From positions 200,781 to 264,780 of the forward strand of contig JANQOB010000009.1 of the NCBI GenBank assembly GCA_028279275.1: a stretch of DNA of 64,000 nucleotides. Reading direction: 5' to 3'. Positions within the stretch are counted from its first letter, which is position 1; each line of letters opens with the position of its first letter. This document shows, one piece after another, positions 21,522 to 32,850 of the stretch. The position numbers and the translations under genes are program-made. Origin of the DNA: Gammaproteobacteria bacterium (GTDB taxonomy: Bacteria; Pseudomonadota; Gammaproteobacteria; UBA4575). The notes beneath the pieces were generated by a model. The model ran no database searches. It saw only the letters and a list, made by a program, of their open reading frames with translations, and was not told where the DNA came from.

Positions 21522-24068
21522 CTAGTTGAGATCATCTCCTACGATACTATTATATTTTCTCAAAATATTTCTTTTTTGAGCCTCATTTTCCCCTAGGCCT
21601 AAAACTTTATAAACATGCAGGAGATAGCCCGCATAAACATAATTATGATCACGTTTAGTAATATCATTTAAATATGGATCGCTTATTGAAGGTGATTTTT
21701 TATATATCTGCTCATAGAATTTTAATAATTGGGTTGTGTTAAACCATTTTTCTTGTTTAGCGCTTCTTTGTCGATGCGCTATCGGAGCTTGATATTCAAT
21801 GACAGGATGATCATCAACATTTACTAGATAGTTTTCAAATATGTTTTGTGAAATAGATAGATTGCCTACATAGTATTGAAGTAATCGATCAGTTGTCAAA
21901 GGATATGGTCCTTCAGAAATAGCAGTGCTGTCATTTTTCGTAAAAGAGTTATTTTTTATTTGTGATATTCTTTTTCTAACAGTTCGCAGATCTATTTTCG
22001 TTGGGACGGTATGACCAACGAGTAATGCGATAGGTTTAGTTGGATGAAATTTTCCGCGCCACAGGGTAACTTGTGGAAATACCTGCAGCATTGTTTTTGC
22101 GATAATTGCAAATTCATTTTCAGATAATTGAAATAGTGGCAGCCATTGTGCGTAAAATCCGTTTTTATTAAGGCGCATCTTTGCAGTTTCATAATGCTCC
22201 TGTGTATATAAGCTTCCAGTCCCAGCTTTATAAGGTACAAATAAATCCGCAATAATCACATCATAACTTTCATCAGTACCAAGTAGAAAATTTCGTCCAT
22301 CTTCTGCAAAAATGGATACTCGCTTATCTTGAAATAGATTGTTCAAGTATCCTGTGAAATATTTATTAGAAGCTTCAATTACATCTGGGATTAATTCAGT
22401 TACTACTACGCGATCAACAGGGTGACGTAAAGCAGCACCTGCGGTGATACCTGTACCCATACCAAGAAAATATACAGATTTAGGATTTTCATGCATAAGC
22501 AAAGGAAGGTGTGCTTGTCTTTCTTCATGATTACGAGCGTCAGTACCACCTATGCTATAAAAATTATTAACTTTTATGCGCAAAGAGTTTAAGCGTTTAA
22601 CTACACTAACGGTTGCAGCACTGCCATCAAATACTTCTACTAATTCCACAGGTACATTATTCACAGTTCGTAATGTAACGAGCGGAAGCTCAGAGTAGTT
22701 AATTATCAGGATTGAAAAGAGTACGATTGCTTGAAAGATGATGGTTTTAAATGACTTAATATTGTTTATTAGGACAATTATTATTGTAACGATTAAGTAA
22801 ATTGCTGCAAAAAGTTTAACACTTGTCCATAAGCCAAAGATTTCTAAAAATATAAATCCAGCAACAATTGATCCTACCACAGCGCCAATAGTGTTAATGG
22901 AAGCAAGGTTGCCAATAATTTGACCACTAATTAGCGGCTGTGATTCACATGCTTTTATGAGATATGGAAATACTATTCCAAGAAGAATTATCGGAATGAA
23001 AGTAACACTGGCAATAAGTACAAATACACTTAAAGTATACTCTATCCAACTTTGAGTTGAGCCAAAGTAGCTTAAATTATCTGTTGCATATATAAACAAA
23101 TATGGTGTTGCTACGACTAACAAACTTGAAAAAGTTATAACAATAAAAATAGCATTCGTATGTTGTTTTACTCGTGTCAGAAGAACTCTTGCAATGATGC
23201 TGCCCAATGAGAGCGAGATTAAAAATACGATTAGAATAGTTGAGAAAGTATATACAGAATTATGTAGAACCTGAGCGAACATTCGTGTCCACAGTACCTG
23301 CATGCCCAATGTTACAACACCTGAAACAAATGCAAGAGTTAATATCGATCTATTCGATAACTTTATTCTCAAAGTCGCGGTATCTTCATTTAAAAATTCT
23401 GTCTTAGTTGATGAATCTTTAGCCTTAAAAAAACGATCGTATAGAAAAGCAAAGAGTCCAACTAGTAAGGTGATTGCCACCGCAAAAAGATAAGAAAATG
23501 TATACCCTAAATACTTCGGTAATAAAAATCCTGCTACAAAAGCCCCTAGTGAAGCGCCAATTATATTTATGGCATAGATAACAGATACGTGTTTGCCAAG
23601 AGTTGATTTATTGCGGACTAAATATTGACTTATTGCTGGAAGAGTCCCACCCATAAAAAATGCAGGAGGAAATAGTATGACTAGTGCAAGTAAGAATTTA
23701 ACAAATATAAACGCCCAATGACCTGAACCAAAAGTATTGAATAGAATAGGATATAAATAATTATAAAGATCGGACAATAGAAAGTAGAGTAGTGCACTAA
23801 TTGCAACTAAAAATTCTAGAAATGCGTAAATACGAAGTGGTTTTTGTATTCTAGAAAGAAATTTTCCCAAAACAAAACTTCCACATCCTATACCTATAAA
23901 AAAAGCCGAAAGTGTCGTTGAAGCAGCATGGGCTGTGTTACCAAAAATTAATCCTAACTCCTTCATCCACAGGACTTCGTATACTAGACCCGTAAAGCCA
24001 GAGGTGAAAAAGAAGATTGAAACGATTACAAAATCGAGTTTGGGTGAAACGGTACGCAATGAGCCCAT
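21522..24068 (-). CDS. fused MFS-like membrane domain / spermidine-synthase-like aminopropyltransferase
   Basis: 848 aa. The N-terminal half has >12 TM helices. The C-terminus has a spermidine-synthase fold (YFLGMGTGITAGAA...IIADLFVPYKAGTGSLYTQEHY). Confidence 0.75.
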   Translation of the reverse strand: MGSLRTVSPKLDFVIVSIFFFTSGFTGLVYEVLWMKELGLIFGNTAHAASTTLSAFFIGIGCGSFVLGKFLSRIQKPLRIYAFLEFLVAISALLYFLLSDLYNYLYPILFNTFGSGHWAFIFVKFLLALVILFPPAFFMGGTLPAISQYLVRNKSTLGKHVSVIYAINIIGASLGAFVAGFLLPKYLGYTFSYLFAVAITLLVGLFAFLYDRFFKAKDSSTKTEFLNEDTATLRIKLSNRSILTLAFVSGVVTLGMQVLWTRMFAQVLHNSVYTFSTILIVFLISLSLGSIIARVLLTRVKQHTNAIFIVITFSSLLVVATPYLFIYATDNLSYFGSTQSWIEYTLSVFVLIASVTFIPIILLGIVFPYLIKACESQPLISGQIIGNLASINTIGAVVGSIVAGFIFLEIFGLWTSVKLFAAIYLIVTIIIVLINNIKSFKTIIFQAIVLFSILIINYSELPLVTLRTVNNVPVELVEVFDGSAATVSVVKRLNSLRIKVNNFYSIGGTDARNHEERQAHLPLLMHENPKSVYFLGMGTGITAGAALRHPVDRVVVTELIPDVIEASNKYFTGYLNNLFQDKRVSIFAEDGRNFLLGTDESYDVIIADLFVPYKAGTGSLYTQEHYETAKMRLNKNGFYAQWLPLFQLSENEFAIIAKTMLQVFPQVTLWRGKFHPTKPIALLVGHTVPTKIDLRTVRKRISQIKNNSFTKNDSTAISEGPYPLTTDRLLQYYVGNLSISQNIFENYLVNVDDHPVIEYQAPIAHRQRSAKQEKWFNTTQLLKFYEQIYKKSPSISDPYLNDITKRDHNYVYAGYLLHVYKVLGLGENEAQKRNILRKYNSIVGDDLN

Positions 24069-24477
24069 GAGTAGATATTAAATGTGGTTTTTGAAAATTG
24101 CTGAAAAAGCATTGTCTTAATGGATTCTTTTTAGCTTAATTATATTGCTAGATAATATTTTCTGTTAGCAGTAGCACTGATATACTATCCACAATACAAT
24201 AAACTATATATAAACACATATTTTAGGAGCGGGTATCAATTAGCAGACTTCATGCTTCCATTAACTAATCGATAAAAATAAGGTTCCAAGATAGCATGAA
24301 GTAGGTAAGCCCTGTCAGTTTTAATTTAAAACTGATCTTTCCCATATAAAAATTATTACTTATCAAGCCTAGTTTTAATAGTATTTAGCTATATCTCGAT
24401 GACTCTTTGTTAGGTTTGGTAAGTTGTAGATTTAATAAAACTGTTCTTATAAATTTTTCAAAATATATAGAGAATAG

Positions 24478-26826
24478 ATGACATACACTCTCAAGTTAAA
24501 AGATGTAAGAATCGGTGATGTATCTATAGTGGGTGGGAAAAATGCGTCACTTGGTGAGATGATTCATCATCTTACCGATAAAGGCGTGCGTGTTCCTGGT
24601 GGTTTTGCAACTACTGCTGATGCGTTTCAAGAGTTTTTAGATACAAACAAACTAACATCATCAATAAATCAATTATTAGATGATTTAGATGTTAATAATT
24701 TACAAGAACTTTCGAAAACAGGTAATGAGATACGCGATTTAATTACTAATGCGCCTTTGCCTGATAATCTCCTAAACGCAATCAAAGATTCCTATGCAGA
24801 AATGGAACATGCATTGGGTGAAAATATTGCGGTCGCCGTTCGATCTTCCGCAACTGCTGAAGATTTACCTGAAGCTTCTTTTGCCGGCCAGCAAGAAAGC
24901 TTTTTAAATATCTCAGGTATAGATTCAGTCATTAATGCGGTTAAGCAAGTATATGCTTCGTTGTTTAACGATAGGGCAATTGCTTATCGTGTTCATAAAG
25001 GTTTTCAGCATAGTGATGTCTCTATTTCTGTTGGGGTCCAGCAAATGGTCCGTAGCGATTTAGCTTCAAGTGGCGTTATGTTTACATTAGACACGGAGTC
25101 GGGTTTTAGAGATGCAGTTTTTATTACTGCAAGTTACGGATTAGGAGAGGCTGTTGTACAAGGCGAAGTAAATCCAGATGAATTTTATGTCTTCAAACCA
25201 ACATTAAAACTTAATAAACTTGCTATTACTTTCCGCTCGCTTGGAAGCAAAAGAATGAAAATGATTTATGACTCCAATGGTGGTGTAAAAAAGGTGGATG
25301 TTTCTGTAGAGGAGCAAAATAATTTCTGTATTTCCGATCATGATATTGAAGAACTTGCGCGTATAGGATGTTTAATTGAAGAGAAGTATCAATGTCCAAT
25401 GGATATTGAATGGGCGAAAGATGGAGTAACAGAGAAGTTATATATAGTTCAAGCACGTCCCGAAACAGTTATGAGTCAAAACCAACAAGCAGTTGAACGT
25501 TATACCTTAAAGAACAGGACTGAAGTATTAGTTACGGGAAGAAGTATTGGTCAGAAAATTGCAAATGGTATGGTCAGTATTATTGACAGTATTGAAAATA
25601 TTGAAGACTTAAATGATGGAGAAGTTTTAGTTACAGATATGACTGATCCTGATTGGGAGCCAGTAATGCAGCGCGCATCAGCAATTGTAACGAATCGAGG
25701 TGGTCGAACATGTCATGCTGCAATTATTGCACGCGAACTTGGAGTACCCGCTATTGTAGGATGTGGTGATGCTACAGAAAAATTGACACAAAATCAGAGT
25801 GTGACAATTTCCTGCGCTGAGGGTGATACAGGATATGTCTATAGCGGCGAGCTTGATTATGAGGTAAATCGTTTTGAGTTTGATAATGTTCCTAAAATCG
25901 CTTGTAAAATTATGGCAAATGTTGGCAATCCTTTCAGAGCATTTTCATTTTCACAAATTCCAAATGATGGAGTCGGTTTAGCAAGACTAGAATTTATAAT
26001 TAACAAAATGGTAGGCGTGCACCCCCAAGCATTGCTTGAATTTAATTCATTATCAAAAGAACTTCAGACAAAAATTAAAACCTTAATGGTCCCATATCAA
26101 GACCCTATTGAGTTTTATGTAGATAAGTTACGGCAAGGAGTATCAACGATAGCCGCCGCATTTTATCCCAAGCCGGTAATAGTGCGTTTATCAGATTTTA
26201 AATCAAATGAATATGCACATATGACTGGTGGGAGTCTTTATGAACCTCATGAAGAAAACCCCATGATTGGTTTTCGCGGAGCATCACGATACATATCTGA
26301 TTCATTTAAATCATCTTTTGAGCTCGAGTGCAGGGCTCTTAAGATTGTTCGTGATGAAATGAATTTGACTAATGTAAAAATTATGGTTCCCTTTGTACGC
26401 ACAACGCAGGAAGCCAAACAGGTCATCGAATTGCTCAAGCAGAATGAGCTTGAAAGAGGTAAAAATGGTTTAGAAGTTATTATGATGTGCGAGATTCCGA
26501 GTAATGCGATACTCGCAGAAGAATTTTTAGAGTATTTTGATGGATTTTCGATAGGTTCAAATGATCTTACTCAAATGACATTAGCATTAGACCGAGATTC
26601 AGAGATCATCGCAGATAAATTTGATGAAAGAAACGAGGCTGTGAAAACATTAATTCAAAATGTAATTCAGGCATGTAAAAAATCAAAAAAATATATTGGT
26701 ATTTGTGGTCAAGGGCCTTCTGATTATCCAGATTTTGCTGAATGGCTGTTAAAGGAAGGTATAGATAGCATATCACTCAACCCAGACTCAATTGTTGCTA
26801 CGATGATGCAATTGGGGAAAAGCTAG
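24478..26826 (+). CDS. ppsA: phosphoenolpyruvate synthase
   Basis: 782 aa with the catalytic His region GGRTCHAAIIARELGVPAIVG and canonical PEP-utilising domains. Confidence 0.95.
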   Translation: MTYTLKLKDVRIGDVSIVGGKNASLGEMIHHLTDKGVRVPGGFATTADAFQEFLDTNKLTSSINQLLDDLDVNNLQELSKTGNEIRDLITNAPLPDNLLNAIKDSYAEMEHALGENIAVAVRSSATAEDLPEASFAGQQESFLNISGIDSVINAVKQVYASLFNDRAIAYRVHKGFQHSDVSISVGVQQMVRSDLASSGVMFTLDTESGFRDAVFITASYGLGEAVVQGEVNPDEFYVFKPTLKLNKLAITFRSLGSKRMKMIYDSNGGVKKVDVSVEEQNNFCISDHDIEELARIGCLIEEKYQCPMDIEWAKDGVTEKLYIVQARPETVMSQNQQAVERYTLKNRTEVLVTGRSIGQKIANGMVSIIDSIENIEDLNDGEVLVTDMTDPDWEPVMQRASAIVTNRGGRTCHAAIIARELGVPAIVGCGDATEKLTQNQSVTISCAEGDTGYVYSGELDYEVNRFEFDNVPKIACKIMANVGNPFRAFSFSQIPNDGVGLARLEFIINKMVGVHPQALLEFNSLSKELQTKIKTLMVPYQDPIEFYVDKLRQGVSTIAAAFYPKPVIVRLSDFKSNEYAHMTGGSLYEPHEENPMIGFRGASRYISDSFKSSFELECRALKIVRDEMNLTNVKIMVPFVRTTQEAKQVIELLKQNELERGKNGLEVIMMCEIPSNAILAEEFLEYFDGFSIGSNDLTQMTLALDRDSEIIADKFDERNEAVKTLIQNVIQACKKSKKYIGICGQGPSDYPDFAEWLLKEGIDSISLNPDSIVATMMQLGKS

Positions 26827-26863
26827 TATTCTTACAAGTTCAGTTTATTTAAATTTCTTTTTC

Positions 26864-27697
26864 CTACCAGTTGCGTTCAATTTTCAAGTGTAACGCATGT
26901 ATAATTTTAGTCGCAATTTCTTCTATTGATATTGATGTGGTATCAATATATATAATGTTTTGTTCTTCGTAGAGTTCTTCAGTGTGACGTATTTCGAACG
27001 CACATTGTTTTAATGTAGCGTAGTTACTATTGGGTCTTCTTTTTTCTCGAATATCAGAAAGTTGTTCTGGTGAAATTGTAAGCCCGATAAGTTTGTGTTT
27101 TACTTTTTTGATTGCTTCCGGTAACTCTAGTGATTCGAAATCTGAGTCGGCTAAAGGGTAGTTAGCAGTTTTTAGTTCGTAATGCATCGCTAAATATAAA
27201 CAGGTTGGAGTTTTGCCGCTTCTTGATACTCCGGTTATCACAACATCTGCTTCTTGCAAGTCATTTGCAAGCAAACCATCGTCATGACTTAAGGCGTAAT
27301 TAAGTGCATCCATACGATGGCCATAGGAGTTTGGGTTGCCTAATCCATGCATAATGCCTGATGCCGACGAGGCATGAGTTGCCAAATCTGATTCCATGGA
27401 TGGAATGAATGTAGAGAAAATATCGTAAACAGGTATGTTTTCTTCGGTGAATAATGATTTTATTTCATTATTGGTCAAGCTCGTGAAAACCAAAGGTTGT
27501 ATTCCTGTTTGTTCTTTCTGGTAATGGATATGGCGGATCACATCTTTTGCTATATCTGTGTCAGACACAAATGGAAATACAACTTCATTTATTTCGACAT
27601 CAGGAAACTGAGTAAATAACGACTCAGCAAGTGCAGTGATAGTAATTGCTGTGCCATCAGAGACAAACACTACGTTTTGTTTGCGTTTCTCGGTCAT
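26864..27697 (-). CDS. ppsR: PEP synthase regulatory protein (bifunctional kinase/pyrophosphorylase, DUF299)
   Basis: VFFVSDGTAITITALAES... and P-loop GVSRSGKTPTCLYLA; strongly similar to E. coli PpsR/YdiA. Confidence 0.9.
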   Translation of the reverse strand: MTEKRKQNVVFVSDGTAITITALAESLFTQFPDVEINEVVFPFVSDTDIAKDVIRHIHYQKEQTGIQPLVFTSLTNNEIKSLFTEENIPVYDIFSTFIPSMESDLATHASSASGIMHGLGNPNSYGHRMDALNYALSHDDGLLANDLQEADVVITGVSRSGKTPTCLYLAMHYELKTANYPLADSDFESLELPEAIKKVKHKLIGLTISPEQLSDIREKRRPNSNYATLKQCAFEIRHTEELYEEQNIIYIDTTSISIEEIATKIIHALHLKIERNW

Positions 27698-27998
27698 CGA
27701 ATCGAGCCTATCAAAATAACTATAAGAAATAATAATAAATTGTCTAGGTATAAAATCTAGTGAAATGTTGTTTAACTTATCAAGTAATTTACGTAATTAG
27801 TTTTGCTAAGTTTTACTATCTGAAATTTACCAGCTCTGATCCTATTAAAAATAGAATATGCACCCCTTCTGCTAAGGTTATGTTTATTGCAGATTTGGGT
27901 GATATAATCACCCGCGCCCAAAAAGGGTCAAAAAGCCCCGAAGTAAGGGCAACATGATTAATTGACTATTTTATTAATAAGCTGAGACCGTATTTATC

Positions 27999-28973
27999 AT
28001 GATTCGCCAAAGAATCTTACCTGCTGACAGTAATTTAATGGTGTTCTCAGGCAATGCGCACCCAAAACTTGCGCAGGACATTTGTGATGATTTGAACATC
28101 CCGCTAGGCAAAGCATTAGTCAGCAAATTCAGTGACGGAGAAGTGCAGGTTGAAATCCAAGAGAATGTTCGAGGTAAAGATGTCTTTTTAGTCCAACCTA
28201 CGTGCATGCCAACTAATGATAATGTAATGGAGTTACTGATCATGGTGGATGCCTTAAAACGATCTTCGGCAGAGCGCATCACCACAGTGATTCCATATTT
28301 TGGCTACTCCAGGCAAGATCGACGCGTTCGTTCGATCCGTGTACCAATCTCAGCCAAAGTCATTGCTAACCTGTTGCAAGTTGCTGGCACTGACCGGGTA
28401 TTAACTGTTGATTTACACGCTGACCAGATTCAAGGATTCTTCGATATTCCAGTAGACAATATTTATGCATCTCCCATTTTGTTAGGTGATGTATACAAAC
28501 GTAAAGACCCTAATTTAATCGTGGTCTCACCTGATGTGGGCGGTGTAGTACGGGCACGCGCTCTAGCAAAACGATTAGACGATGCTGATCTCGCCATCAT
28601 CGATAAACGTCGCCCGGAGGCCAATAAAGCAGAAGTCATGCATATCATCGGCGAGGTGGAAGGGAAATCCTGCTACATCATTGATGATCTGGTGGATACG
28701 GCCGGTACCCTATGCCAGGCGGCTAAAGCATTAAAAGAGCATGGGGCTGAAAGTGTCAGAGCCTACGCCACACATCCAGTACTCTCAGGTAAGGCTGTTG
28801 AAAATCTTGAGAATTCTATGCTGGATGAATTGGTAGTAACTGATACAATTCCGCTCCGCGAAGAAGCTAGCCACTGTACTCGAATTCGCCAAGTAGGGGT
28901 TTCGGGCCTGGTAGCTGAATCAATGCGCCGTATCAATCAAGAGGAATCTGTGAGTACCTTGTATATGGATTAA
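27999..28973 (+). CDS. prs: ribose-phosphate pyrophosphokinase
   Basis: ...[35 protein letters not shown]... and PRPP-binding loop DDLVDTAGT. The start may instead be the Met at 28038. Confidence 0.9.
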   Translation: MIRQRILPADSNLMVFSGNAHPKLAQDICDDLNIPLGKALVSKFSDGEVQVEIQENVRGKDVFLVQPTCMPTNDNVMELLIMVDALKRSSAERITTVIPYFGYSRQDRRVRSIRVPISAKVIANLLQVAGTDRVLTVDLHADQIQGFFDIPVDNIYASPILLGDVYKRKDPNLIVVSPDVGGVVRARALAKRLDDADLAIIDKRRPEANKAEVMHIIGEVEGKSCYIIDDLVDTAGTLCQAAKALKEHGAESVRAYATHPVLSGKAVENLENSMLDELVVTDTIPLREEASHCTRIRQVGVSGLVAESMRRINQEESVSTLYMD

Positions 28974-29032
28974 GGTATATGGGCATCTCGCGGCCCGGTA
29001 GCAGAAAATAAAGAAAGTTTGGAGAAATACTA

Positions 29033-29737
29033 ATGAGTGCCGATTTTACATTAAGTGCCGAAGTTCGTGACGAATCGCAGCTTGGCAAAGGAGCGAGTCG
29101 CAGGTTACGTCGTTCGGGCAAAGTACCTGCAGTCATTTATGGAGGTGGGGAAGATCCCGTTTCCGTTACATTCGATCACGACACATTGATTCATAGTTTA
29201 GAGCAGGAAGCTTTCTATTCTCATATCCTGACTGTCGATGTTGCAGGCAAATCACAGCGTGCTATCTTGCGAGATCTACAACGCCATCCATATAAACCAA
29301 CGGTTTTACATATGGATCTTTTACGCGTGCGTGAAGACACTGCGATTAACGTGCATGTGCCTTTACACTTTTTAAATGAAGATATTTGCCACGGTGTAAA
29401 AATGGAAGGTGGTGCTATCAGCCATAACATCGCAGAAATTGAAATTTCATGTTTACCAAAAGATTTACCAGAATTTATTGAAGTCGACACTGCCGAACTT
29501 AAATTAAATGAAGCTATTCATCTTAGTGAAATCAAAGTTCCAGAGGGGATTACTATCGTAGAGCTTTCGCATGGCGAAGGGCACGACCACGTTGTTGTCT
29601 CGGTACATGTTAAACGTGCTGTTGAAGAAGAACCTGTTGTAGCGGCACAAGGTGAAGAGGTTGCAGAAGGTGAAGCTGAGACTAAAGCAGAGGATGATGC
29701 CAAAGACGAAGATAAATCATCAGGAGATGATTCTTAA
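29033..29737 (+). CDS. rplY: 50S ribosomal protein L25 (general stress protein Ctc form)
   Basis: 234 aa, [42 protein letters not shown]..., acidic C-terminal tail. Confidence 0.9.
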   Translation: MSADFTLSAEVRDESQLGKGASRRLRRSGKVPAVIYGGGEDPVSVTFDHDTLIHSLEQEAFYSHILTVDVAGKSQRAILRDLQRHPYKPTVLHMDLLRVREDTAINVHVPLHFLNEDICHGVKMEGGAISHNIAEIEISCLPKDLPEFIEVDTAELKLNEAIHLSEIKVPEGITIVELSHGEGHDHVVVSVHVKRAVEEEPVVAAQGEEVAEGEAETKAEDDAKDEDKSSGDDS

Positions 29738-29749
29738 CTAATCTCTCTT

Positions 29750-30334
29750 GTGTCTAATAATAAAGGCATCCGCCTAATTGTCGGACTTGGCAATCCAGGT
29801 GATAAACACGAACAAACCCGGCATAACGCCGGGTTTTGGTTTGTGGACGCTCTAGCCCAAAGAGAAAATGCAATATTCAAACATGAGCTTAAGTTCAAAG
29901 GCGAAGTAGCTCATTTCAGTTGTCAGGGACAAAAAACCTGGTTACTTAAACCCCAAACTTACATGAATGATAGTGGCGAATCTCTTCGGCCATTTTGTGA
30001 TTTTTATAAAATTCCCACCGAACAAATTTTAGTAGCACACGATGAAATAGATTTGCCCAATGGCGAAGTAAAAATTAAATGGTCAGGGGGTCATGGTGGG
30101 CACAATGGTTTGCGTAGTATTTTTGCGCATTTAAATAAAGACTTTTGGCGCTTGCGAATTGGTGTTGGTCACCCCGGGCATAAAGATCAAGTAGTCAACT
30201 ACGTACTAAAAAGAGTGAATCAACAAGATCGTGCAGATATTGATGATGCGATCATTGACGCAATGAACTGCATAGAAGAATGTGTTGAGGGTAATTTCGA
30301 TTCTGCAATGAAAAAATTGCACACAAAAGGTTGA
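29750..30334 (+). CDS. pth: peptidyl-tRNA hydrolase
   Basis: [27 protein letters not shown] is the canonical Pth motif. Confidence 0.95.
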   Translation: MSNNKGIRLIVGLGNPGDKHEQTRHNAGFWFVDALAQRENAIFKHELKFKGEVAHFSCQGQKTWLLKPQTYMNDSGESLRPFCDFYKIPTEQILVAHDEIDLPNGEVKIKWSGGHGGHNGLRSIFAHLNKDFWRLRIGVGHPGHKDQVVNYVLKRVNQQDRADIDDAIIDAMNCIEECVEGNFDSAMKKLHTKG

Positions 30335-30338
30335 TGCA

Positions 30339-31430
30339 ATGGGATTCAAATGTGGAATTGTAGGTCTGCCTAACGTAGGCAAATCAACACTCTTTAATGC
30401 TTTGACTGCAACAGAAATTGCAGCAGAAAATTATCCTTTTTGTACAATCGATCCAAATGTAGGAATCGTTCCAGTTCCTGACCCACGCTTAGACACACTT
30501 GCTAAGATTGCATCTTCTGCAGAAGTCATTCCAACGACGATAGAGTTTGTTGACATTGCAGGACTCGTAGCAGGAGCCTCTAAAGGTGAGGGATTGGGCA
30601 ATCAATTTTTAGGCCATATTCGAGAGACCGATGCGATTGCACATGTGGTACGTTGTTTTGAAGATGAAAACATTATTCATGTAGATGGAAAAGTTAACCC
30701 AATTTCAGACCTTGAAACCATTTATACAGAATTAATTTTAGCCGACCTAGAATCCGTTGATAAAGCGATCGCAAAAGTAGAACGTGTTGCCAAGTCTGGA
30801 AATAAAGATGCTTTAGCACAAGTAGAACTATATAAAAAACTAAAAGAACACCTTGAAAACGAAAAAGATGCATTTAGCTTTGAAATAAGTAAAGAACAAG
30901 CAATACTTTTACATGAGCTGCATTTAATTACTGCTAAACCTTCATTTTATATTGCAAATGTAGCGGAAGATGGTTTTGAAAATAACGAACATTTAAAAAA
31001 ACTTGAAGAGTTGGCAAAAAAAAGATCTGTTCAAGTGATTCCTGTCTGCGCACAAATTGAAGCCGAACTTGCTCAATTAGATGATTCAGAGCAAAAAGAG
31101 TATTTAGCAGAGTTAGGTTTAGAAGAGCCAGGTTTAAACCGAGTAATACGCGCAGGTTATGAGTTGCTGGGGCTGCAAACGTTTTTTACTGCGGGTCCAA
31201 AAGAAGCACGAGCGTGGACAGTTGCTAAAGGCGCAACTGCTCCGCAAGCGGCAGGCAAAATTCACACCGATTTTGAAAAAGGATTTATCCGAGCCGAAGT
31301 CGTTGCCTATCAGGACTATGTCGATGCCAATGGTGAAGCAGGGGCCAAAGAAGCCGGTAAATGGCGTCTAGAGGGTAAAGAATATGTGATGCAAGAAGCG
31401 GATGTGGTCCACTTTAGGTTCAATGTTTAA
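30339..31430 (+). CDS. ychF: ribosome-binding ATPase YchF
   Basis: [23 protein letters not shown]..., 363 aa with the TGS C-terminus. Confidence 0.95.
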   Translation: MGFKCGIVGLPNVGKSTLFNALTATEIAAENYPFCTIDPNVGIVPVPDPRLDTLAKIASSAEVIPTTIEFVDIAGLVAGASKGEGLGNQFLGHIRETDAIAHVVRCFEDENIIHVDGKVNPISDLETIYTELILADLESVDKAIAKVERVAKSGNKDALAQVELYKKLKEHLENEKDAFSFEISKEQAILLHELHLITAKPSFYIANVAEDGFENNEHLKKLEELAKKRSVQVIPVCAQIEAELAQLDDSEQKEYLAELGLEEPGLNRVIRAGYELLGLQTFFTAGPKEARAWTVAKGATAPQAAGKIHTDFEKGFIRAEVVAYQDYVDANGEAGAKEAGKWRLEGKEYVMQEADVVHFRFNV

Positions 31431-31509
31431 TACTTTTGGGTAGAATTGACAGTTTGCAGGGCCTTATATAAGGTCCGCTAACCCAAATCATGGGTCAATC
31501 TAAGTATAT

Positions 31510-31586
31510 GGCTATGTAGCTCAGTTGGTTAGAGCACAGCATTCATAATGCTGGGGTCATTGGTTCAAGTCCAATCATAGCCACCA
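31510..31586 (+). tRNA. tRNA-Met (elongator, anticodon CAT)
   Basis: ggctatgtagctcagttggttagagcacagcattCATaatgctg...tagccaCCA; near-identical architecture to E. coli metT. Confidence 0.9.
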
Positions 31587-31645
31587 CCCTTCCGAGTAGG
31601 TATTACTCACAAATTAATAATCTCGACGTGGATTCTTTAAATTAT

Positions 31646-32848
31646 TCACGAGGCCATTGCAAGTTTTGGTTTCTTGCGATGATCTTTTTGGCCGGGGACA
31701 TATTTAGCGATGCGAGGTACGGAATGTGCGAGAACGCATATGTCATTGATACCTTGTTGTTCTGCTGTAGCCTCGATGTTTTCAGTAATTGAATCTGCGA
31801 TATTTTGATTCGTTATGCAGCGTATCGTCGCGTATTCCTGATTAACATTTGCGTGTGCGAGTTCATAGTCATCATCACCCATAGCAACGAATCGTGAATA
31901 ACTAACATTTACACCGGGCGCTCCTGAATCCAACATTAAGTCCATGAATTGTTGTGATTGATCGCGATTGACTACAGATGAAAAACACACTTGATTGGTT
32001 TGAGCTGTTTTATTTTTCTCCAAGAATTTAAGCCCTGTGCCTTTACCTTGCCCTCCAACATCAAAAACAGCTTGATCACGCCAATGTGTGTGACCGGTTA
32101 AATGATCAATCGCGTGAATAATTTGTTGTGTGTTTGCAGGATAGTGTGGGTTAGCAATTCGGCTTGGTATATTAAACATACCTTTATCAATCGGTAAGCT
32201 ATACATGAAGCCGCGCGCTGGCAAATGAAACTCTCCGGCTTTAGCCATTGCGGTAAAGATTCCTTCTACATCCGAATTGTCAGCAAGCACCATCAGAACT
32301 TCTTGTTCACTATCTTTTGTAATACGTAGCCAACCAAGTCGATCACGAAGACCTTTACCTTCTGCGTAATAGACTACAGGGCCGTGTGCACCGGCATTGA
32401 TGGCGGCTTTAGCAATGCGGTCGCTTAAGCTATGACTTACGCTACAAAAAATTACACTTAAATTTTCTGAAAGCTTATGACTGTCTTTTTTTGTATTTAA
32501 TGCTTCAGTTGTTCGTAAATTATGAAAATTAGATCCTACATAAGCACTTTCACATGGTGTGCTAAAGACGGCTCCCGTTGCTTGCAAGTCTAATTTACCT
32601 TCTTCAATAACGAGTCCGAGAACACGATCGACATCATGCACGGGAACGACCATTTGTAACATGGTTTTTGATGGGCTAATCGGAGGGACCCATGACTTCC
32701 ACCAGTGCTCGCGTAATAACGTACCGCGTGCTTTTGAGACTAGTACATCCGTGACTTCTCGAGATGTTAGCGTATTAACAACTGTATCTGCTGATTGGTT
32801 AGGCAATACAGCAGTGATGAGTGAAATTTCGTGTTTAGTATTAAACAT
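31646..32848 (-). CDS. single-chain protein of ~3 tandem P-II (GlnB)-like repeats
   Basis: Internal repeats visible by eye: MVVPVHDVDRVLGLVIEEGKLDLQATGAVFSTP aligns with MVLADNSDVEGIFTAMAKAGEFHLPARGFMYSLP and with VVNRDQSQQFMDLMLDSGAPGVNVSYSRFV. Each resembles the GlnB beta3-alpha2-beta4 segment (IEIVVPDDIVD...TGKIGDGKIFV). Glycine-rich T-loop-like segments are also present (ARGT, AEGKG, GGQGKGTG). Start ATG lies 2 nt after the stop of the upstream DUF1538 gene. Confidence 0.55.
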   Translation of the reverse strand: MFNTKHEISLITAVLPNQSADTVVNTLTSREVTDVLVSKARGTLLREHWWKSWVPPISPSKTMLQMVVPVHDVDRVLGLVIEEGKLDLQATGAVFSTPCESAYVGSNFHNLRTTEALNTKKDSHKLSENLSVIFCSVSHSLSDRIAKAAINAGAHGPVVYYAEGKGLRDRLGWLRITKDSEQEVLMVLADNSDVEGIFTAMAKAGEFHLPARGFMYSLPIDKGMFNIPSRIANPHYPANTQQIIHAIDHLTGHTHWRDQAVFDVGGQGKGTGLKFLEKNKTAQTNQVCFSSVVNRDQSQQFMDLMLDSGAPGVNVSYSRFVAMGDDDYELAHANVNQEYATIRCITNQNIADSITENIEATAEQQGINDICVLAHSVPRIAKYVPGQKDHRKKPKLAMAS

Positions 32849-32850
32849 GA

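Noticed and set aside
27760-27957. 65-aa ORF inside the ppsR-prs spacer
   Set aside because: It lies in the prs leader/promoter region, has no Shine-Dalgarno and overlaps the palindromic -10-like element. Likely non-coding.
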